Assembly (NCBI GenBank): GCA_021613535.1 | Contig: CP075495.1 | Span: forward strand, 11,346,001 to 11,410,000 | Source: Adineta vaga | Lineage: Eukaryota > Animalia > Rotifera | DNA: 64,000 nucleotides | Direction: 5' to 3' | In this document: positions 52,001 to 64,000 of the stretch, piece by piece | How the letters are laid out: each line of letters begins with the position of its first letter | Numbering within the stretch: position 1 is the stretch's first letter | Notes under the pieces: generated by a model | Told to the model about the DNA's origin: nothing | Databases searched by the model: none | Seen by the model: only the letters and a program-made list of their open reading frames with translations | Translations under genes and position numbers: made by a program

Positions 52001-52826
52001 GTTCTATATCTCGAACATGTCCAGCAGCAAAATATTTAACACAAAAAGGGTAAATCAAGAAATAAATATTTAAAGATTGCAAATATGTTCAATTTCTATT
52101 TAGTATAACTCCACGTGATTATAATTCATTTGGTTCACGTCGTGGTAATGATGCTGTTATGGTACGTGGTACATTTAATCATGTTCGTTTGAATAATAAA
52201 CTCGTTTCTAAACGTGCATCATCATTACTTCCATCATCCTCGCCATCACCAGCGACAACTACTCTTTATCATTTAACAAATACAGAAATGGATATTTTCG
52301 ATGCATCAGAACATTATCGTACTGCTAAAATACCACTTATTGTTCTTGCTGGTAAAGATTATGGTTGTGGACCATCAAGAGATTGGGTTGCTAAAGGACC
52401 ATGGATGCTTGTATGTTGAAGAAAAAAAAGCACTGACATAAATGAAAAGATATCGATTTCTGTTTTTAGGGTGTTCGAGCTGTTCTTGCCGAAAGTTTCG
52501 AATCACAACATCGTTCAAATCTAATTGGTATGTGTATATTACCATTACAATTTCAGAATGGTGATACATGTGCATCATTAAATTTAACTGGAAGAGAAAT
52601 TTATTCAATTGAATATAATATCTATAATAAAGACAAATCAGTCATGATCAAAGTAAGGAACGAAACTAAATCATTGAAATACAAATATATTTATTATTTA
52701 ATTTAGCTTGATAATGGTAAAACATTTTCTATGATTGCTCGTGTTGATACAGAAATCGAACGTCTTTATATTCTTCATGGTGGTCTTCTTAATTATGTAC
52801 TTCAACAAACAGTGAATTGCAACTAA
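49010..52826 (+). CDS. Cytosolic aconitase/iron regulatory protein homolog, divergent and probably enzymatically inactive (IRP2-like)
   Basis: [103 protein letters not shown]. Confidence 0.9.
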
Positions 52827-53068
52827 TTCTTTAGAAAAAAAATAACAAAATAAAAATTTGTACATCTTTCGAAGAATGATAATGATATTTTGTTTGTTAT
52901 CTTGAAGAAAAAAAAATACCAGAGTCGTAAAATACGTATTTAATTCTTATACAGGGAAAAAAATTTATAAATGTATTGTTCGTTTTGGATTTTTAAATAA
53001 AAGAACATATAAAAATAATTGTGATGATTCCGTTGTCAATTTATATATTCTATATCTTCTTCCAGATC

Positions 53069-54881
53069 ATGATGATTATTTCTTCAAATTTACAAGATGA
53101 ATCAATTTTAATACGAATTAATTGTCGAACGAATTTATTTTATAATCCAGGTATTATAAAATCAAATTCTTCCTTTTCTGTTCTGTTCTATTCTGATATT
53201 TTAAGATAATGATGAAGAATTCAGTGCATTTCGTGTTCTTTTAATTGATAGTGGTTATCATTTAAATGCACCATTAAATATCTACCTAACACGTGATGCT
53301 GTTTTTACTAATGATGAGAAATATTCATTAAATGATGTTACTCTTGATGATCTACTTGAAACCAATGATAATAATGATAAAAAACAAAAAAATGATATTT
53401 ATCGACGAATTTATCCATGGCAAATGATATCGGGAAGATTGCTACGTTATACAACAGGTGATGAATCATGTTATACACCAGTTATTGAAAAATGCAATAC
53501 AAAGAACAGAGGACAAAGTAATATTTTCATTGTTTTCATTGGTATGAAAAATAATATTGAGAAAATGTTTTTGATTAGATCTTCCTTTAAATTTGGATTT
53601 ACTTGTTGCTGTTGAACGATCAACAACAATAGCAGAACTACGTCGACAATTAGAAGAACAACTTGCTCAACAATTAGATTTAATTGAAGATAATATCAAT
53701 AAACAAGTAGAAGTAAATTATTGTCTATTTACAAAGTAGATATGAATAAGATAAATTTCATCTATTTTCGATAGACTCAAAACAACAAAACATTTCAACA
53801 TTATTATATTAAGTCAATCAATCAAATCGTAACATTTTCAGATGATGATAAGGACACTGGTATGATCTAATTGATTGGATAGACAATACGTTCTTTTGAT
53901 AACTCATGCTTCTTCTTCAGTCCGAAATGAACTTCAAGTCAAATATCCTCAATTATCCATGAATCAACCATTTATTGCAATGGATTTTGGTGATGGACAA
54001 TTAACATCTTTAATGAGTAGTGGACGATTATTTGATGTTCATAAAAATCTTCCATCAAAAGGTAACAATTATTAGTATAGATAAGAAATGAAATGCATAT
54101 GAAATCCATTTTATTTAGTAAAAGGTGGTGAACAAACATTAGTGGATGGTCATTATGCATATTATCATTATATGCAAGATAATTTTGATGATAATATGTG
54201 GGGTTGTGCATATCGATCTTTACAAACTCTTTGTTCATGGTTCATTTTACAAGGATATACAACAAAATCAGTACCGACACATGCACAAATCCAACAAGTA
54301 TTCATTTTAAATACTAAAAATCGAAGACTTTTTCTTATTCGTAATATTTAGACATTGATTGATATTGAAGATAAACCAAAGAAATTCTTAAATTCTCGTC
54401 AATGGATTGGTAGTATGGAAGTGTCATTCGTTTTACAAAACTATTTAAATGTATGATTTATAACTTAAATTTAGATTCATAATAGTTCGACATTTCTTTA
54501 GGTTGAATGTAAAATTATTCGAGTAGAACGTGGAGCTGATATGGTTGAACATGTTCGAGAACTTATCAATCATTTCAAAAAAGAAGGAACTCCAATTATG
54601 ATCGGTGGTGGTGTTTTAGCACATACAATTATTGGTGTTGATTTTAATGAATCATCAGGCGATTCAATGTTACTTGTTCTTGATCCACATTATACAGGAG
54701 TCGATGATATTAAAATTATTCAAGATAAAGTTAGTCAAGATTGATTAATATTGGAAGAATATATTCTTTTGTTTTTGTTTCTCTGTAGGGTTGGGTTGGT
54801 TGGAAACCATGGTCATTTTGGTCGAAAGATGCTTTTTACAATCTATGTTGTCCATTACGACCAAAAATAAATTCTTCATAA
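53069..54881 (+). CDS. UFSP2: UFM1-specific protease 2
   Basis: [27 protein letters not shown] (catalytic Cys box), [40 protein letters not shown]…FYNLCCP. Confidence 0.93.
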
Positions 54882-55525
54882 TCAAATAAAAGATCTGTTG
54901 ACGAAAATACATCTATGAAAGATTAAAAACGATATTTATTTCTCTATTGTTTTAGTTTCATTGAGTTTTATTGGATTTTAATAAACCATCTGTTTCAAAC
55001 GAAAAAACATTCTTTATAGAACTTCTCAATTAGATAAAATAAAATGAATCTATTATTTCGATATTCTATGAATATTTATTTGATTCATAATTATCCTTCC
55101 CTTGCTTCGTGTCCTTTCTTTCTTTCTTCTTCGATGTTCAACATACAATTTCAAAAAGAAAAAGAAAACTAACATCACTCTGAAAAAGTATGTTTACATA
55201 TTTTCGAACAAAAAAAAATACACATTGAACAAAAGCATCACGCTTACACAGAGAGCAACAATAAGAATACAAATACATGGCTAACTAATCATACAACCCA
55301 TCTCTAGATAGATAGATAGATATACAATAAAGTATTTACTCTTCGTTTTCTTTTTTTTGTTCTATAAACAATTACCAAAAGTAAAGAGAATTATTTTAAC
55401 AGAAAGAAAGAAAATACAAAAAAAAATATTGAGATTGATTATTGAATTTTAGAAAGGGAAAACTAATGTAGGAAATACATGTTATGAACATAATGGACAT
55501 GTAATCTATGGATAAGAAAAAGATT

Positions 55526-57011
55526 TCAAGCTTGTACTGCAATTCGATGATCAGTATTATTTGTTGTATTACAATCGTTATTGCAGTTGGCTTTTTGAAT
55601 TGCTTCATTCAAACGATCGAGTATACTTACTGAAGTCTGATTGATTTCGGATGATTCTTGATTTGATCCATGAAGTAAATTTAATATATCTGAACCAGAA
55701 TTTTTCGCTAATGGTATTGATGGCCAAATCGGTAAACGACCCAATAATTTATCGATAATGGAATTTTCCGATGATAAATTATCGTCATGTTCTCCTTTCA
55801 TAGAAAGTGAAGGTGATGAAACTGAAGCTGGTTGACATTCTTTCTTTGGTAAATATTCAAAAATCAAATGTCTAAAGAGAAATTTTTCTAATTTCATTTC
55901 TCGAATTCTTTCTCACTCACTCGATAAATGGCAACGCTGTATAATAAGGATCTGTTAATCGTTGTTGTTCTTTCCAATATTGTCGTAATGTATGCATTTC
56001 ATCATTATTTGCACATAAATTAAACCACATAATGTCCTAAAAATCAAAATTCATTTTCATCTTTCAATAAAAATCGAATTTTTTTACAATTATTTCTCGT
56101 TTATCATATTCGAAATGAACTTTTGTTTCATCGAAATTTTCAATTACAAATAATCCAACCATTCGATTATCAGCTAAACGAGCTTCCCAATATTGTGATG
56201 GAGACCATGAACTTAAATCAACATTTACTTCTTCACCAAACTGAAAACATAAAACAAATGCATAACTCATAAAGTTCTTTAAATCTTAAATTTACTTCTC
56301 TCAATGCACATGACCATTGACTTTCGAATGCATATGTTTCAGGATTAAGCTTGAGTTTACCTTTTGGAAAACTCCAATAATATTTTTCATTTTGCACCAA
56401 AAATACCTACGAAGTATATTAAATTCAAAGCTGATTGAGATCAATTTCCTATTACTTTATTTTGTTTATTGATTAATACAATACCAAAAGCTTCTTGTTG
56501 AATTTGTCGATAAACATTAATAATCATCCGAATCAAATCACTTTTACCTTGTAATTTTGGATATATTATTTCCAATAGATCTTAAATAGTTTTCGAAAGA
56601 AATAATCACATTGTTTAGAAGTCAAAATCAAACTTACGAGTATCGAGAACATATTGTGTAAATTTTTTTCGTTTAGATATTTGTCTTGTATCTTGAGCAA
56701 AGAACCATTTTTTCTTGATTTGTTCTAAATCAAGAAACAATTCAAATGGATCTTGTGTGCCCACCAAACGAAGAATACGACGACTGAAACCAAAAATCAA
56801 ATTATAAATACAAAAACGAATGAAATAACGTTTTCTATTTGTACTTAAAACTTTGTTTAATATTATTTGGTTCTGCTTGATGATGCATAATACTCTGCAA
56901 TAATGCTGGATTTGAAAAAGCAGCAAAATACGGTTGTTGTCGAAACCAACCATTAGTATCAGGCGACAACGATGATGCTGGTGCGGAACTTGGAGATTGT
57001 GGTGCGCTCAT
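55526..57011 (-). CDS. Divergent Dcp2-like Nudix hydrolase
   Basis: AFGIVLIN…VFLVQ…WSFPKGK…CALRE|FGEEVNVD…KREI…IMWFNL follows the Dcp2 Nudix layout. The N-terminal Box A is poorly recognisable. Confidence 0.7.
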
Positions 57012-57714
57012 TTTATTTTTGGTTTTTGTTGATTTAAGATTTCATACGATGTTCACAATGATGGTTAGTTATGTACTACGCAAAGAGTGCGTATGAAAGA
57101 AAAAGAACGATTTAACTGTGATAAAATAAAAGATGGAAATGAAATGATGGATACAGACTAGTGTGTTTTCATTTTCTTTCTCTCTTTTTCTCTCTCTCTC
57201 TCTCTCGCTCATTTTTCTTTCTATCAATAGCGCATGTGTATACACAATGATTGAATCGTTAGACACGGACGTCTGTTGAGATAAGAGAGAAAATCAATAA
57301 AGTTTTACTGAATTTATTCGATGTAGATATTTCACATAAGATAAAGACAAGTAGTTCTTTGTAGATACAATATACTTTTTCGATAAACAAACTAATAGTC
57401 TACTACTGAAGTTAGAAAAATAAGTTTTGATCAGTATTCATATATTTCTAGCATATATCTAGCATGGTAGTAAATATAATCAGAAAGTTAATGATATAGT
57501 CTTATTAAACTAATTTGTTTTTCATCGATTACAATCATTCCTTCGATTTTTGATAGAATAGCAATCGAAATTAATTGTTCTAGAGTGAATCTAATGTTTT
57601 CTTTACTTTAACGGACCAAAAAAACTTATTCAAAAAAATCCTTTTGTATTAAATGGTATGGTATAATAGCATAGTACAAGAGGATTCTATTCTGTTTCTA
57701 TAGTTCGATGCAAT

Positions 57715-57746
57715 TGACGTCATCGCTTGGTCTCTAGAGGGCAGTA
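57715..57746. promoter_or_regulatory. Perfect CRE palindrome next to a CTCF-like motif in a divergent intergenic region
   Basis: TGACGTCA (57715-57722) and TGGTCTCTAGAGGGCAGTA (57728-57746), a GC-rich patch between two head-to-head genes. Confidence 0.3.
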
Positions 57747-58095
57747 GAAACCGAACGAGTTATTTGAAAAAACGATTGAAAAATTTTTCGAAACATTGAA
57801 GATTTTCATGAGATTGAAATACTATTAATATTTATTTATTAATTTTGTTAAATATACATATTTATTGGAAAACAACAAATTGGTTATACAATTACTAATA
57901 AGGGTCGAATATTTACTTTTATGGTTGCTTTGTACTTCATCACGTCATTACTCGTTAGCTTTTCAAAGTCCACAATACCTTTTTCATTGCACTTATAAAC
58001 ATTTCATTTTGTGTTAGAAAAATTTCTGTTCATTGATTTTAATCATAATTTTTATTTACAGTTCTAGACCTTTTCTATTTTTACAATTCGTAACA

Positions 58096-59516
58096 ATGGT
58101 CGCACCATCAACTCAACTACCACCAACAACAAAAACAACTGTTGGAGCAACAGGAACAACAGGCCTCGTAGCTAAATGGGATTCTCGATATGCTGGTCAT
58201 GTTCCACATGATTCATCATATTATGCTAAATGTGCACTTGGTGGTATTCTTGCTTGTGGTCTTACACACACAGCTATCTGTCCATTGGATGTGACCAAAT
58301 GTAATATGCAAGTATGTTATTTATCAGAAAATCAACTATTTTCCGTAGAATTCTATGATAGAAGTGGTTTGTTAAAAAATATAGTTATATTCAATATTGT
58401 TTACGATCTTATACCTTTGAAGATATAAACCACAGAAAAACAAATTAAAAAAAAACACTTGAAAATCTGTTTTGTTCTGCGTACTTTTCACTGTCTACCA
58501 TGTTTTCTTCACGACAAAGTATAAACAGTAGAAAGGATTAGAATGTATACGTTTTGTTTTTAAAAATACTAAAACACAAAAACATACATATAATTTATAA
58601 TTTCTTTCAGGTCAATCCTGATAAATACAAAGGTTTAGTCAAAGGTCTTAAATTAATTGTTGCAGAAGAAGGAAGTCACGCTATATGGAAAGGATGGTTA
58701 CCAACATTGTTTGGTTATTCAGCTCAAGGAGCATTTAAATATGGTTTCTATGAAGTATTCAAAGATCAATATGCTAACATGCTCGGCAAAGAAAATTTCG
58801 AAAAATATAAAGGTCTTGTTTGGTGTGCTGCATCTGCATCTGCTGAATTGTTTGCTGATATTGCTTTATGTCCATTGGAGATGGTTAAAGTTAAAGTTCA
58901 AACATCACCAAAAGGTACATTTCCAACAGCTTTTGGTTCAGCTTGGTCACAAATGAGTGCACAGAAAGCAGATACTGGCTTTCCTTATCGATCACTTGTA
59001 CCTCTATGGTCACGACAAGTTCCTTATACCGTAGCTAAATTCTTCTTCTTCGAAAAGGTTTGTTTATTGATTGAAAAAAATATTCATTTTCCTTTCACAT
59101 ACAATTTCATTTCAGGTCGTACAATTATTTTATACTCATATATTCACACAACCAAAAGATACTTATTCGAAAACAACACAACTTGGTGTTACTTTTGCTT
59201 CTGGTTATACTGCCGGTGTTATCTGTGCTATTGTTTCACATCCTGCCGATTCACTTGTTTCACTTCTTGGTAAACCAGCAAATAAAGGCAAGAGTTTAGG
59301 ACAAATTATCAACGAAACTGGATTCTCAAAACTTGCTACTAAGGTTTGTATTGCTCTTATTGGAAAAGATTACGAATAATACACATTTCATATTATCTCA
59401 TTTTCTAGGGTCTTGGTACTCGTATCCTTATGATTGGTACATTAACCGGTCTTCAATGGTGGATCTATGATACCTTCAAGACAGCTCTTGGTATGGGAAC
59501 AACGGGTGGCAAATAA
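58096..59516 (+). CDS. Mitochondrial phosphate carrier (SLC25A3/PiC family), 4 exons
   Basis: [106 protein letters not shown]. Confidence 0.93.
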
Positions 59517-62500
59517 TTTTAATCCCAACTTGGCCAACACAACTTTTCGTTTTTTTTCTTAAAATGAAAAACTAGTAGCAAGAAGATTAGTATATAATGA
59601 CCTATATCTCCTCTTTGCCATTTTAGATTTTTTGTGAACATTTATATCCCTTATTAAAAGAATTCTATCTGAGTTAAACTTAGTTTCATTTTTTTTCTCT
59701 TTTATCAACCGAGTAAAGATAAACGAACTGATGAATAAATATGTTCATCAAATACACTCATGATTGATCAAAACAAAACTGAAATCTATAACAGAGCGTT
59801 GAACAGTTCATTAATTTCAATGAGCAATCAAATTTGAAATAAGACACTAGTCTAAATTTAGCTAATAACCGCAATATGAATTGTCTTATAATTCATATAA
59901 TTTTTGTTCAATTGAATATACTTTACTGTCACAAGTTTGTCAATTTCTAAATTCTTATGGTCGCAAAATGATAATTTATGCGTATGTATATACATTTTTG
60001 TATGGTAAAATAAATGAAAGACTTGCAATGGATGGCACATTTTATCCTCTACTACAGAATGATATATTTATTTCCATAAAGATTATCAAAGACGATCATA
60101 AATTTCAACATGATTTATGATCTTCAAACTGAGTATTTGTACAGAAAGACTTTCTCTGTTTAGTAGTGCATATCTCATCAAATTTCATTGTTTATCAGGT
60201 GAGAACAAATTTAGATTTGATTCTGTGTCATTACGGTGTTGATATTAACTGTATTAAAATCAAAATTCATGCGTTCGTGATACATAACATGTTCGATAAT
60301 ATATCCGTCATCTAATATAGAAAGTTTCTTTTTACATACGTGCATATATTCTGTTTCGGTATCATTATCTTATAGGCACCTTTGTCAGCATTAGTTTTAC
60401 ATAATTAATTTGAGTAAATCTAGTTTTTCGATAGATACTCGAATTCGTTTGATTAATTGCTGCAATCGTACTCTAATTGTATGTTTCAATTAGGATTTTT
60501 TATAATACAAAAATAACAGGAAACAAAAAATTAGAAAAAAAATATCCTAATTTACTCGGCGAATTGAAAACAAGAATTTCTCATTTTTCTCCGAAAGGAA
60601 ATCATTTTTTTCTAACAAAATAGATATCTTAATGAATGTACGATGGAAAATAAATATACCGAGTTCAATGTTAGTATCTCGTTCATAAGAAGGACTGATG
60701 AGTATGAATTTGATCAACAGGCAAGGTCCAAAAGGACCAAATGTGATGCTTTAGTCTCATGACTATTGATTGACGATTTGACATCTGATTGCGATACGCC
60801 TCTTTATTCATCGACATCACATTTTCACTTGTATCTAGTTACACAATATGCAACTTTTTTTCTTACAATAATGACGTAAGTTCTTGTTAATATTGCGAAG
60901 GTACAATGATAAATTAATATTTTCATAAAAAATAGGCATTTTTGTCATTGAGATCACATACATGTTCAATGCAGATGTTGATCTAAACGAAGATAGAAAG
61001 ATTATAAATGATACTTTAGACATAAATGCTTCAGAATAGTAAGATGTAAGTTATTACTTTAGAGGCATTTGTGTAATATTTAATTGATTTCCTTCGATTC
61101 TCTATAATAATATATATTTGAATGATTCTCATCTTTTAATAATTAACAGCACTATAAAATATTCAGTGTCACCCATTCAATCACATGGGAGAAATATAAT
61201 TCATATTGATTTGATGATATACGTACTTGACAGCATATTGCCTATCGATATTACCCATTTTATCTCTCTCTCTCTTGTTCTATTTTTTCTCCCTTTTCAC
61301 AATCTATTAAAATCTACCTGTATGTCATACATTGACTATCACATTCTTTAATATCTACGCAGTAACATATTTTTTTTCTTTTTTCATTCTATATTTGCAT
61401 TCTTGTCAATCGTTGTCTAATTCATACACTGTTGTGTTGATAGAAATTGAAAGTTTTATCTCCTTGCTTTCTTTCATGTGTGACTATTATTTAAATAATC
61501 GATGACTTATGTATGAATCACGTATTGTTTTCGTATCTGTTAAATTTCCAAGATAGACAATAACATAGATCGCACGTTAATAGTCGTTTTTTTCTTTTCC
61601 TTGCGCATTTCTTTTCACAGATTAGATTGAATAGACACAGCGAGGCCGAAATATATATACATATAATCGGCGTTTTTTTCTGTTCGCAAAGTGTACATTT
61701 GGATTGAGACCAAATCATAGAACGACCAGATTTTATGTGAATAATGCCCTATTGTCCATATATATGTATAGATATATAATGTACGTCTACTTCAGATAAA
61801 TCATTGCTAAAAAAATTAATGAAAAGAAAAATTATCAAATCATTCGATTAAAACAACACGTTCATCTGAGACAAATTTATCTTCATTTATATTAAAAGTA
61901 AGAATTTCAATTTTCGTATACTGATGTTTGTTTTTCGAAAAGGAATGATTCATGTCAATTACAATAACGTGCTTATTTCTGCAGATAAAACAACGAAATT
62001 GACGACGTATTGTCTTTCTCTCCCTCTTTCTCTCTTCTGAAGCCACATGTATACATAAACATAGACCATGCCTGTACTGTCTCACTTTTATATAATCATA
62101 TCAATAAAGAAATCAAAGCAAATAGATTCTATTCATCAAGACAATTCCAGGTGAAAATGACGTAAAAAGGTTTTCATAATACATTTCTTTTGTTCTTTAA
62201 AATCATGTTTTATTTGATTGATATAATAGTTGACGAATGAGTAGAGAATCGTAAACAAATTTATAGATTCTAAAACTATTCATTTATCTTACGAAATTTT
62301 AGTTCGATATTTCAAATGTATCATAAAACAGAGACGATGTAAGATAGAAATCAATTAACAATATTGACAGTACTCGTATTATTGAAATATAAAGATAGGA
62401 AAGTATTGCATTTGTGCGTCACATAGGGATTTCATTTTTATGAAATGAGGTCGACCTTATCTTCACGTTGAAAGTACATTTTCAAAAATAAGTATTCGAT

Positions 62501-63030
62501 AAGAGTGTTATAGTTCTTACGATTAAATACAAATGAAGTTTTTCGACAATGTTTTTGTATGTAAGCAAATAAAAAGTTCGAATTGGAATTTTAGGCAGAA
62601 GACTTCTGTTTCAAAAAATTTTAGTTATTTCCCATATCTTATTTTCATCGAGAGAAAACTTGATAAAAACGAACTATTGATTCTTTTTTTTCATACGTGT
62701 ACATTCAGACCAGTTGACTTTTGAAGTAGAAGAATATGAAAAAAAAGGCGTGTATCGACGATATTTTTTCCAATGCGTAGAGGCCTTGATTACCATTCGA
62801 CTAAAAATGTGCTCGATTCAGCTATGCTGTTATGATATATAATTTACCTTCAAGAGAAATCTAATGTACAAAATCGACTTTTTTTTGAAAACCTTGCTAT
62901 TTGTGATAGCATTAGATTAAAATCTATCGAATAAACAGATGATTAATGAAAACAGGCGCTCTTTCTCTAATCTGTATCCACTACTGAGTTCTTTATAATC
63001 TCATCTAAATCTTTAATCCATATCTTATAG

Positions 63031-64000
63031 ATGACTGACGAACTATCTTCTTCTTCTTCACCTTGTGCCCAATTGAGTATAATTGTTGATTTAACATCAT
63101 CACCTTTCGATTTTAAAACACTATACAATCATTTATCATCACAACCACCAACAAATAGTGATCATCATCATTGGCATTATGGTAGTCTACGCTCTTATAC
63201 AATCCCATTTCAATCTAATCTTGATGAAGCAACTATTAATTGTGTTATATCCAAATTAAAATTATTACAAAATCACTTATCTATATTACCACCATTTTGG
63301 ATTTGTTATAAGAAATGTCAACAACAACTACAGTCAACAATCCCATTAGTAAATACAACAACCGAGGTTATTCGTAAAAATGTTAAATTAGGAAAATTCT
63401 ATACAAATAATGGTTTTGATATGGAATATACAAGTGGTGCACTAGTTGAAATAAATAAATATATATGGGATATTCAAACACAAATAAAAGAAACTTGGCG
63501 TTTAGTTTTTTATCATGATAAAATCGATATTGATTATGGTTGTAAAGAAAAAAAATTGCGGAAAACATTAAAAGCTGAAATGATGGATAGATGTGCTATT
63601 ATAATGACACAAAAAGATGGTTTTACTCTCTTTATCAATATGAATGGCAATCCAATTGATTATGAAGCTATCAATCCAGATATTTCTCAGAATACAACTG
63701 ATAATAGTAACAAATATATATTTAAATAGAAAAACAAAAAACTTTCATATATTTCTTTTTTCTTTTCGAATTAGATTCTTTCTCACGTAAATCTAATGAA
63801 TCAACTATTTCGTATATTCGCACTGCATCTCGAGAATCACAACCATTTTATTCAACTATTCGTCTTACTATTTCACTTTCTAATCAATTCAACGAGAATA
63901 ATATCATTACAAATCATAGTGATGAACATAATTCCGAACAATTACAACGTTTAAATTCATGTTATACACAATTTATTGAATTTTTTCATCGAAATCATAT
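63031..64000 (+). CDS. 5' part of a gene running off the right edge; possibly the N-terminus of a cellular RNA-dependent RNA polymerase
   Basis: 232-aa first exon followed by a second open exon after an AG at ~63774. There is only a faint resemblance to the RdRP N-terminal region and no catalytic motif in the window, so the product call is weak. Confidence 0.4.

Noticed and set aside
59600-63000. Several 60-80 aa ORFs in the long intergenic region
   Set aside because: Composition is typical of chance AT-rich ORFs, with no splice-consistent chain or domain.
1-64000. CRISPR arrays, rRNA or tRNA genes, intact transposons
   Set aside because: None recognised. The DNA is eukaryotic and intron-rich, with no repeat-spacer periodicity or transposase/RT motifs.

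Overview
AT-rich, gene-dense eukaryotic DNA with many short (~50-70 nt) GT-AG introns. The gene style (intronless rhodopsin-like GPCR, innexin, several foreign-looking genes) best fits a bdelloid-rotifer-like invertebrate; this is an inference. I can support about 24 genes. Recognisable ones: TAF4, amidase, PTDSS2, an intermediate-filament protein, innexin, aquaglyceroporin, a claudin-like protein, MORC2-like, UNC119, eIF4H-like, UBAP2L/lingerer, MIER, an IRP/aconitase, UFSP2, a Dcp2-like Nudix and a mitochondrial phosphate carrier. The top candidate is a GC-richer gene (26575-27875, minus) built like a polymorphic toxin: four helical repeats, a glycine zipper, a C-terminal CAE...PxCxxC (YwqJ-type) deaminase and a spliced basic tail. 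Other notable items: a probably catalytically dead aconitase with an IRP2-like CPFH insert exon, an intermediate filament with tandem PAM2-like motifs and an RGG/Gly tail, a microbial-type amidase ending in a CaaX box, a protist-type phosphate carrier and a GP-amide prohormone candidate. Exon boundaries were read by eye and all family assignments come from motif recognition, not database searches.
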